Virus record (IMG/VR): IMGVR_UViG_3300011334_000418
Coordinates: 1-35,276 of that record
From: a virus
Lineage: Duplodnaviria > Caudoviricetes
Strand: one strand, 5' to 3'
Length of the DNA: 35,276 nt
In this document: positions 29,142 to 35,276 of the stretch, one piece after another
Layout of the letters: each line of letters opens with the position of its first letter
Position numbering within the stretch: position 1 is the first letter of the stretch
Translations under genes and position numbers: made by a program
Notes under the pieces: generated by a model
What the model was told of the DNA's origin: nothing
Databases searched by the model: none
Seen by the model: only the letters and a program-made list of their open reading frames with translations

Positions 29142-29357
29142 TTATTCCTTTCCGGCAATGTGTTCGTGTGTGAACAAAAGCGAATTAATTTGGTTTTGGA
29201 TTTCAGTTGCGGCGCGTTGCAAAATAAACAAAACATCCGGCGCAAACAGTTGTTCCGTTTGGGCTTCGTGCATCAATGCCCGGAATTTGTTGTTCCATGC
29301 ATCAATTGGTTGTTCAATCGGGGGTTCAATTGTTTCAATGGTGGTTTGGTCGTTCAT
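29142..29357 (-). CDS. Hypothetical protein
   Basis: Start MNDQTT with RBS AAAGGT. Confidence 0.6.
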   Translation of the reverse strand: MNDQTTIETIEPPIEQPIDAWNNKFRALMHEAQTEQLFAPDVLFILQRAATEIQNQINSLLFTHEHIAGKE

Positions 29358-29368
29358 GGTTTTACCTT

Positions 29369-29542
29369 TCAAAGAAAACAAAGAAGAAACAAGCAAGCAA
29401 CAAACAATGCGCTTACAAGGATTTTTTCGCCAAGTGTTTCTTCTTGGATGATCGGGGTACGCGCCGATACTTCGCGGATCATTCTTTGTTTTTCTTCGTG
29501 CGCGTAATCGCGTTGCACAAGGTTTTGATATTGGTTTTTCAT
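29369..29542 (-). CDS. Small protein with C-terminal TM segment (57 aa, not in ORF track)
   Basis: MKNQYQNLVQ...ILVSALFVACLFLLCFL*; RBS AAGGAA; ATGA overlap. Confidence 0.6.
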   Translation of the reverse strand: MKNQYQNLVQRDYAHEEKQRMIREVSARTPIIQEETLGEKILVSALFVACLFLLCFL

Positions 29543-29775
29543 TTTGTGATTTCCTTTATTGTGATTTCGTATAAACGCCCGTTAATGTCGGACACATTGA
29601 TAAACTTGGCGGTGGATGCAAACGCGCCTTTGGTGTCGGTGTCGTAACGCACCCCGCCGCAACCGGCAATCAATGATTCATGCCGCCCAACATCTTTGTT
29701 AATGGCTTGCTTAATAACTTCCGCGATGTAATCGCAATACACCAATGGCACATGGATCGTTTTAAGCGGTAACAT
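29539..29775 (-). CDS. Hypothetical protein
   Basis: Probable start MLPLKT. Confidence 0.55.
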   Translation of the reverse strand: MLPLKTIHVPLVYCDYIAEVIKQAINKDVGRHESLIAGCGGVRYDTDTKGAFASTAKFINVSDINGRLYEITIKEITK

Positions 29776-29944
29776 TTTTTTCGATCCTTTCCAACTTAAC
29801 AACGGCGTAACCTTTGCGTTCAAATTCCAACGCGGCGTGGCAAGCCTGTTTAATTGTTAATGGAAGGGTGCGGATTGGTTCACTTTCCGCATCGTATTGG
29901 CGTACAACGGTGTATTCCTTTTTGCCTTGCCCAATTCGTTTCAT
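29762..29944 (-). CDS. Hypothetical protein
   Basis: RBS AAGGAAA upstream. Confidence 0.6.
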   Translation of the reverse strand: MKRIGQGKKEYTVVRQYDAESEPIRTLPLTIKQACHAALEFERKGYAVVKLERIEKNVTA

Positions 29945-30023
29945 ATATTGTTTCCTTATGTTTTATCGTATGTGTTAACAGTATCACCGGGTGATCCACC
30001 AAGGGGCTTGCGCCCCCCGGCGT

Positions 30024-30557
30024 TTACTTGCGAAGCCTTGTTGGGAATTGGTTAAACACTTTGCCATGTACGGAACGGTTAACAATGCATTTAGTGTTCC
30101 ACACTTCTTTGGCATCACCCTTTGTTACAACCAAATCAGAATCAAACCATACGCCGCCGTTAAAGCCCATTTTGGCGGCATCACATTCGCCCACTTTTTT
30201 AATCAACTTGCAAACATACGCTTCGTATTGAAATGCGGCATCATCTGCGGCGTTTTTGATAGCGCGGGCAACGCCTTCTTCGCACCAAGTAACCAACAAA
30301 GGTTCACTTGGGCGGCGTGAACATTTAACAGGGGATACAAGTGAACGGGCGTAATCATGGGCGGCTTTTAACGCCATGTATGTTGCGCGTGATGCATTGA
30401 TGCCGGGGCGGGGAAATGCAACATTCAAATCCCAATCTGCGGCTTCCAATTTGGCTTTGATGTTTGCAACAACTTCGTGTGTTGCTTCAACTGCGGCATC
30501 AATGCTTGCTTGCTTGATGGGTTGAACGGCGATTGCGATGGCGTTTTGTTGTGTCAT
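30024..30557 (-). CDS. Hypothetical early protein (first gene of the leftward operon)
   Basis: Start MTQQNA with RBS AAAGGAAA; followed by a GGGGC-GCAA-GCCCC hairpin. Confidence 0.75.
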   Translation of the reverse strand: MTQQNAIAIAVQPIKQASIDAAVEATHEVVANIKAKLEAADWDLNVAFPRPGINASRATYMALKAAHDYARSLVSPVKCSRRPSEPLLVTWCEEGVARAIKNAADDAAFQYEAYVCKLIKKVGECDAAKMGFNGGVWFDSDLVVTKGDAKEVWNTKCIVNRSVHGKVFNQFPTRLRK

Positions 30558-30607
30558 GTTAAGTTTCCTTTTTTTCATCCGGTCATGGAATGTTTGACCG
30601 TGAAAGA

Positions 30608-30660
30608 ATCATAACATAGTTTGTTAACGGTGGGTCAACACTTTTTTTAAGTTTTTTTGC
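30608..30660 (-). promoter_or_regulatory. Leftward sigma70-like promoter
   Basis: TTGACC-19-TATGAT with extended TG and upstream A-tracts; 5' hairpin CGGTCA/TGACCG at 30580-30600. Confidence 0.55.
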
Positions 30661-30709
30661 CTGTTTTTCTAGGTGGTTTCCCTATGTTTTGGGCTTTTTT
30701 GCATTTTTG

Positions 30710-30739
30710 TTGACACCCAAGCGGTTTTTCGGGCAGAAT
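30710..30739 (+). promoter_or_regulatory. Rightward sigma70-like promoter
   Basis: TTGACA-18-CAGAAT. Confidence 0.5.
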
Positions 30740-30744
30740 CGGAA

Positions 30745-31190
30745 TTGTCAACGGTGTGGCAATCGTTGGAAATGCTTAATTCATGGCAACCCCCGATGTT
30801 TTTGGTGGGCTTGTGTGGTTTTGGAATGGGTAGATTTATCCATGTGTTAAGCGTACTGATTCCAAAATTGCCCAACGCCAAGGGTCAAGCCCACCAAAGC
30901 CATTGGGGGTTTTTCTTTTTGGGTTGCCACATTCGTTACCGTACTTCGCACGATAGCAAGCACCGAACCCGGTGGCGCGAAAGAAAAGGGTACAGGTATG
31001 GGCGTATGGCGTAACGCACCCGGTGCAAATCCGTAAATTCCTGCGGCGGGCATGAATCCACAAGCCGGGGGGAAAAGGTAACCAATCCTTTCCATGCGTG
31101 GGTCGTAATTTATTACGGGTGAAGCCATCCTTGTTTTCGTACCCCTTGGGGGTAGGGGGGCATTTGGGTGAAACTTATGAATATCTATAC
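30745..31190 (+). ncRNA. Putative large structured non-coding RNA / replication origin
   Basis: Nested long stems (30788-30911), several hairpins and G-tracts; no credible CDS. Confidence 0.5.
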
Positions 31191-31235
31191 ATGAAGGTAT
31201 GGATGTGTTCACAAACCGGGGAAATCTATACATGA
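31183..31235 (+). repeat. 12-bp direct repeat ATCTATACATGA
   Basis: Copies at 31183-31194 and 31224-31235. Confidence 0.8.
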
Positions 31236-31244
31236 CAAAACAAA

Positions 31245-31469
31245 ATGATTGAAATAAACGATGTAATCCAATTAAATCCGGAAACTTGCAGAAATCAAAT
31301 GTTTGCCGGTTGTTTCATTGTTGTAATTGAAATTGCATCATGGGGTGTTGTTGGTTATGTGCAAGCACTTGGGCAAGATGGCAAACCCGGTGGTCAAGCG
31401 TATTACCGGGCAAGATGGGAAGAATTGGGAACATCAATTGGAACCGCCGAATGGGTGGTTGCGGAATAA
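31245..31469 (+). CDS. Hypothetical protein (SH3-like beta pattern)
   Basis: 'INDVIQLNP...FAGCFIVV...WGVVGYVQ'. Confidence 0.65.
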   Translation: MIEINDVIQLNPETCRNQMFAGCFIVVIEIASWGVVGYVQALGQDGKPGGQAYYRARWEELGTSIGTAEWVVAE

Positions 31470-31521
31470 GTTAACAATGTGTTATTGTTAAACCGTAAAC
31501 AAACTTGAAAGGGGTTTGGTT

Positions 31522-31701
31522 ATGGAAAACAAAGATCAAGCGTATTTATCGGAAACATTTGTAAATTGTTTTGCAATGCCAAATTGTTCTAAATGCAAAC
31601 ACTTTGAATTGTTAACCGTATTTGAATATTGCAACTTACACGACAAGATAACGGAAGGAAACATTTGCAATGGGTTCCGTATTAAAGATGCAGATGCATA
31701 A
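31522..31701 (+). CDS. Small Cys-rich protein
   Basis: CSKCKH...C...C; RBS AAAGGGG. Confidence 0.55.
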   Translation: MENKDQAYLSETFVNCFAMPNCSKCKHFELLTVFEYCNLHDKITEGNICNGFRIKDADA

Positions 31702-32098
31702 CCCGCATTACCGTAATGAAGAATTGATACGAAGCAGTTTCAACATTCTTACCGGGATAAAGTTTGGCAACATTCGCCCAATGGATGTTGATGGTTTCAT
31801 TGAAATCCATAACAAACTTTTTATCTTCATTGAAACCAAGCATGGCATAAGCCCATTGCAAGGCGCACAAAAAATGGCGTTGGAAAGGTTAAGTGATGCG
31901 GTACACAATCCACCCGATAAACATTCATACCTTCTTGTTGCAAGCCATGAAGCCCAAGGCGATATTGATGTTGCAACTTCGTTGATTACTGAATACAGGC
32001 ACAACGGAAAATGGCATTGGGTTGCGGAATTGGAATACACCGCTTATGATTTTGTTTACAATCTAATTGAAATCCACATTGGGCATAACAAAATATGA
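31688..32098 (+). CDS. PD-(D/E)XK nuclease-like protein
   Basis: 'PMDVDGFIE...FIFIETK...Q' catalytic pattern. Confidence 0.6.
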   Translation: MQMHNPHYRNEELIRSSFNILTGIKFGNIRPMDVDGFIEIHNKLFIFIETKHGISPLQGAQKMALERLSDAVHNPPDKHSYLLVASHEAQGDIDVATSLITEYRHNGKWHWVAELEYTAYDFVYNLIEIHIGHNKI

Positions 32099-32190
32099 AT
32101 CCGATCAAATCACCTTTTTGGTATTTGTTGCAAAAAGAAATTCAAGCCCGTAAGGATTCTAAACCGATCAACAAAACACGATAAAACAAT

Positions 32191-32619
32191 ATGACAGACG
32201 AACAAGAATTTGATGCCTTTTACAAGGCATACCCCCGCAAGGTTGCCAAAGGCGATGCCCGCAAAGCATGGCAATCCACCAAGAAGATTCGCCCACCATT
32301 GGCAAACATCCTTGCCGCAATCCAAGCCCAATGCAATACCGAACAATGGTTAAAAGAAAACCATGCATACATTCCGTACCCGGCAACTTGGTTACGCGCC
32401 GAACGATGGGATGATGAAATTGAAGTTACCGTTGCGGGCAAAGTGATCGGCAAGGATTGGCACGAAACATGGACAGGCATAACCATGAAGGGCAACGAAT
32501 TGGGCATCTTTGAAAAAGATTTTGACCACCCAATAAAGTTTCGTTCGGCAGTTTACGAAGCCGCCCGCGCACAAGAAGCCGCCGCCGGTAACAATGTTTA
32601 CCAACTTAAATCCGCATGA
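32191..32619 (+). CDS. Stand-alone C-terminal domain of a phage replication initiator
   Basis: 'FDAFYKAYPRKVAKGDARKAW...YIPYPATWLRAERWDDE' begins at residue 7. Confidence 0.75.
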   Translation: MTDEQEFDAFYKAYPRKVAKGDARKAWQSTKKIRPPLANILAAIQAQCNTEQWLKENHAYIPYPATWLRAERWDDEIEVTVAGKVIGKDWHETWTGITMKGNELGIFEKDFDHPIKFRSAVYEAARAQEAAAGNNVYQLKSA

Positions 32620-32915
32620 TTTGCCCCGCCTGTGAAAAAGCAAAACAAGCCCCGATTTGCGGAACCTATCAATTCACTTGTGCGGTTTGTCGTACCCGCT
32701 TCATCCAAGCCGAACCCTGCAAGTATTACCGCAAAGTATTGGTGGAACATTTTTCAAAGAAATACGGCGAATTTCCTGCGTGGCAAGAAGGCAAGAATTG
32801 CGGTTGTGAACGAATATGCAAACGCAAAGCGGCAGTTGATGCAGGTAAACCAATGGAACGAATATATGAACAACCAATTAACAGTAAGCGAACGAAAGCA
32901 CCTCGCCGCCGTTAA
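32616..32915 (+). CDS. Cys-rich hypothetical protein
   Basis: CPAC, CAVC and CGC motifs; ATGA overlap. Confidence 0.6.
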   Translation: MICPACEKAKQAPICGTYQFTCAVCRTRFIQAEPCKYYRKVLVEHFSKKYGEFPAWQEGKNCGCERICKRKAAVDAGKPMERIYEQPINSKRTKAPRRR

Positions 32916-33126
32916 ACAATTGCCATGCGGCGTGTGCGGTTCCCAAGAAGGATCGGAAGCCCATCACATAGAACAACACCTTCAATACACTTGCATTCCA
33001 CTTTGCGCGGATTGCCATCGTGGTTCACATAACGGTTTACATGGACAAAAACGGATATGGAAAGTAACAAAGAAAACGGAATTAACGGTATTGAACGAAA
33101 CAATAAAGCGTTTGATGAACCGTTAA
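32866..33126 (+). CDS. Small HNH-like Zn nuclease (Ref/DUF968-like)
   Basis: 'LPCGVCG...EAHHI...IPLCADCH'. Confidence 0.7.
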   Translation: MNNQLTVSERKHLAAVKQLPCGVCGSQEGSEAHHIEQHLQYTCIPLCADCHRGSHNGLHGQKRIWKVTKKTELTVLNETIKRLMNR

Positions 33127-33245
33127 CAAAAAAGGATGTTCAAACAATCCTTGGGTTAATTCCACAAGGGTTGGATGCCGATGAATTCATTATTCGTTTG
33201 TGCAATGAAGCGGTGCATTACGCCCGTTGGATTGGCAAAGCGTGA
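33057..33245 (+). CDS. Hypothetical protein (start uncertain)
   Basis: Fills the gap; GTGA overlap with the next gene. Confidence 0.35.
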   Translation: MESNKENGINGIERNNKAFDEPLTKKDVQTILGLIPQGLDADEFIIRLCNEAVHYARWIGKA

Positions 33246-33589
33246 TTATTAACTTGCCTTGGTATCCAAGGGAATGTTCCCCCAATGCGCGGGTTCATTG
33301 GTCAAACCTTGCCGAAATGAAACAGCGTTACCGCGAAGCCTGTTTTTTGTTAACGCGGGAATCGGTTGGCAATGTGTCATTACCTGATACCGGGGACATT
33401 CATGTAACCATTGAATTCTTCCCACCTGCAAAGCGGGCATACGATTTGGATAACCTTTTGGCATCCATTAAATCCGGGTTGGATGGCGTTGCCCAAGCGT
33501 TAAAGGTTGATGATTCGCGGTTTACATTAACAATTTGCAAAAAGACCGATATACGGGGTATGATACGGTTAACAATCACGCATCAATGA
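33242..33589 (+). CDS. rusA: RusA-like Holliday junction resolvase
   Basis: 'FFPPAKRAYDLDNLLASIKSGLDGVA...DDSRF'; probable GTG start at 33242. Confidence 0.8.
   Translation: MIINLPWYPRECSPNARVHWSNLAEMKQRYREACFLLTRESVGNVSLPDTGDIHVTIEFFPPAKRAYDLDNLLASIKSGLDGVAQALKVDDSRFTLTICKKTDIRGMIRLTITHQ
33535..33564 (+). promoter_or_regulatory. Putative sigma70-like promoter within the rusA 3' end
   Basis: TTGCAA-18-TATGAT, followed by a 10-bp inverted repeat. Confidence 0.4.
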
Positions 33590-33619
33590 TTGTTAAGAAC
33601 ATTACACGAAAGGAAAATT

Positions 33620-33820
33620 ATGTTCAAAATCCAAGTTGAAGTTAACGGTACAAGCATTGCAGTTGAAGCCGCAACAACATTGAACATGGGCGGCTTGAAC
33701 GCTTTTATTGATTCAATGGGAAATAAACAAGAAGCACCCAAGGTTGCAACCAAAGCCCCGGTAAAGAAAACAACACGCGGGCGCGGCAGACCGGCAGGGG
33801 CAAAGAACAAACGCAAGTAA
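33620..33820 (+). CDS. Small basic protein with AT-hook-like motif
   Basis: 'TRGRGRPAGAKNKRK'; RBS AAAGGAAA. Confidence 0.65.
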   Translation: MFKIQVEVNGTSIAVEAATTLNMGGLNAFIDSMGNKQEAPKVATKAPVKKTTRGRGRPAGAKNKRK

Positions 33821-33843
33821 AGTGATTGCGTTTAAATCATTAA

Positions 33844-33920
33844 CGCGGGGCTTACGGTTAAGGATTACGCCTTTCATTTGGGCGTTTAGATCGTGGGTTC
33901 AATTCCCGCCCCCGCAACCA
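33844..33920 (+). tRNA. Atypical initiator tRNA-fMet(CAT)-like gene
   Basis: Acceptor CGCGGGG / CCCCGCA-A-CCA with C1:A72 mismatch; T-arm GTGGG-TTCAATT-CCCGC; anticodon arm CGCCT-TTCATTT-GGGCG; aberrant D-arm. Confidence 0.7.
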
Positions 33921-33944
33921 ACACAACAACAAAGGAAACAAAAC

Positions 33945-34163
33945 ATGACATTGAAACAACAAATCCTTGATTTACTAACCGCCCAACCCGGATTGGATAG
34001 CAACCAAATAACGGAAGCGTTAAACGCCAAGGTTACAAGCGTTAAGGTTACTTTATGCAAATTGGCAGGTGCGGAAAAGATTACCCGTATTAAAGAATTA
34101 AAGAACAATCCCGATAAAGCCGGGCGCAAAAATACTTATCGTTACAAAGTTAAAACGGATTAA
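33945..34163 (+). CDS. Winged helix-turn-helix protein
   Basis: 'QILDLL...GLDSNQITEAL...SVKVTLCKL...KITR...YRY'; RBS AAAGGAAA. Confidence 0.7.
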   Translation: MTLKQQILDLLTAQPGLDSNQITEALNAKVTSVKVTLCKLAGAEKITRIKELKNNPDKAGRKNTYRYKVKTD

Positions 34164-34196
34164 ACTGTTAACACCGGGAACAATGAAGGGATTAAT

Positions 34197-34556
34197 ATGA
34201 ATCACGATGCAATGAAAAACTTTTTGGGCGCGTTAATGTGTGGGCAAATTTGTTTACGCTTAATCCATTGGAACACCAAGGTTTACGCCGAACATAAAGC
34301 CATTGGCAAACTGTACGATCAATTGGCAGATTTGACCGATACCCTTGCCGAAACATACATGGGCATTTACGGAAGGTTTGGCAACATCCCCTGTACGCAT
34401 GGCGATCTTTCCGATGGCATTACTTATTGTGCGGAATTGGCTGATTACATTCAATCCATCCGTACCGAATTACCAAACGATACCCAATTGCAAAACATTG
34501 TTGATGAAATCGCCGCAACCGTTGATCGCACCAATTATTTGTTAACACTTGAATAA
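34197..34556 (+). CDS. Ferritin/Dps-like four-helix protein (DUF5856-like)
   Basis: 'IHWNT..YAEHKAIGKLYD...DTLAE.YMG.YGR', 'LQNIVDEI...YLLTL'. Confidence 0.7.
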   Translation: MNHDAMKNFLGALMCGQICLRLIHWNTKVYAEHKAIGKLYDQLADLTDTLAETYMGIYGRFGNIPCTHGDLSDGITYCAELADYIQSIRTELPNDTQLQNIVDEIAATVDRTNYLLTLE

Positions 34557-34557
34557 G

Positions 34558-34788
34558 ATGGATTGCAAACATTGTTGGCACGAAACCGGGTTTGTGCTAA
34601 CGAGTAACCCCCCGCAATATCCGGAAGTGTGTTGCCATTGCGGGGAACAACGGGTTATATACGGATCACCCGCACAAGAACAAGAAGGGCATGGTAAGTA
34701 CCTGCCGATACAAAGGGTGGTAAGCCTTCCCCTTTACGATTACGACACACTACCCCGATCCAATGCCAACCGTACCGAAACAGACTAA
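34558..34788 (+). CDS. Small Zn-finger-like protein
   Basis: 'CKHCW...TSNPPQY...CCHCG'. Confidence 0.6.
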   Translation: MDCKHCWHETGFVLTSNPPQYPEVCCHCGEQRVIYGSPAQEQEGHGKYLPIQRVVSLPLYDYDTLPRSNANRTETD

Positions 34789-35218
34789 GTGCGCGTACCT
34801 TGGGTGTGGTAACGAACGATCCCACCTTAATACATATTGCATGGAACATGGGGGTAAAGGGTTTAACGATAGTGCCAAGCGTAAACAATCAAACGCCATG
34901 TATCAAACGGCACTATGGGGTCGCACCCGTTTACGCCAATTAAGCACACAACCGTTATGCCAAGCGTGTGCGGGCATGAATAAGGTAACCGCCGCATCCG
35001 AAGTGGATCACCTGTTTGCATGGCAACACATAGGGGTTGAAGCCTTTTACCAAAATGTATTTCAATCCCTTTGCAAGAATTGCCACACCAACAAGGGCGC
35101 ATTGGAACGCCAAGGGATATACCGGCATTACGCCCACACGCCCATTGATTACGGAATAAAAGATTACGCAAGGGTATGCCATGCCCATGCAATCGCATCG
35201 CCTTCAATCGCGTTTTAA
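34763..35218 (+). CDS. Terminase-associated HNH endonuclease (HK97 gp74-like)
   Basis: 'QPLCQAC...EVDH...FQSLCKNCHTNK'; upstream of terS on circularisation. Confidence 0.88.
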   Translation: MPTVPKQTKCAYLGCGNERSHLNTYCMEHGGKGFNDSAKRKQSNAMYQTALWGRTRLRQLSTQPLCQACAGMNKVTAASEVDHLFAWQHIGVEAFYQNVFQSLCKNCHTNKGALERQGIYRHYAHTPIDYGIKDYARVCHAHAIASPSIAF

Positions 35219-35276
35219 TTCGCGCAAAACGGAAAATTTTTTTAGAAACTTAAACATTTACCCCTTTTACGGAAAG

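Noticed and set aside
30673-31233. ORFs 30673-31014 (+), 30847-31233 (-) and other overlapping ORFs in this region
   Set aside because: No good RBS, atypical composition, and they overlap promoters and long RNA stems. Non-coding structure explains the region better.
33890-33920. tRNA 3' end as an attP core
   Set aside because: No integrase is visible, and the element has a matching 5' acceptor strand and anticodon arm, so it is a whole tRNA-like gene. A relic origin cannot be fully excluded.
1-35276. Stop-codon reassignment suggested by the rarity of TAG
   Set aside because: Genes are intact under the standard code, TAG ends the gene at 20417, and no suppressor tRNA is present. The rarity fits general avoidance of non-AAG 'AG' words.
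1-35276. CRISPR array or IS element
   Set aside because: No regularly spaced repeats and no transposase motifs seen.

Overview
The window looks like a complete or nearly complete ~35.3 kb genome of an HK97-type tailed phage (siphovirus-like, probably cos-packaging), opened between the terminase-associated HNH gene and terS. The + strand from 172 to 26475 carries packaging, head, tail, fibre and lysis genes. The - strand from 26543 to 30557 carries an early recombination block (ERF, YqaJ-like exonuclease, SSB). A divergent control region of about 670 nt follows, then a + strand block of replication, nuclease and accessory genes. I could not recognise an integrase, CI repressor, polymerase, primase, helicase or full-length initiator. 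The most unusual observations are: (1) a ~450 nt highly structured non-coding transcript with ColE1 RNA II-like G-tract motifs, paired with an initiator reduced to its C-terminal domain, which suggests an RNA-primed origin; (2) near-total genome-wide avoidance of GAG/CTC and related words; (3) a rewritten initiator tRNA-fMet-like gene; (4) two tandem major capsid paralogs, the second with a ~74 aa inserted domain; (5) fibre genes whose matching terminal motifs suggest head-to-tail chain assembly. All family assignments come from motif recognition by eye; no database search was run.
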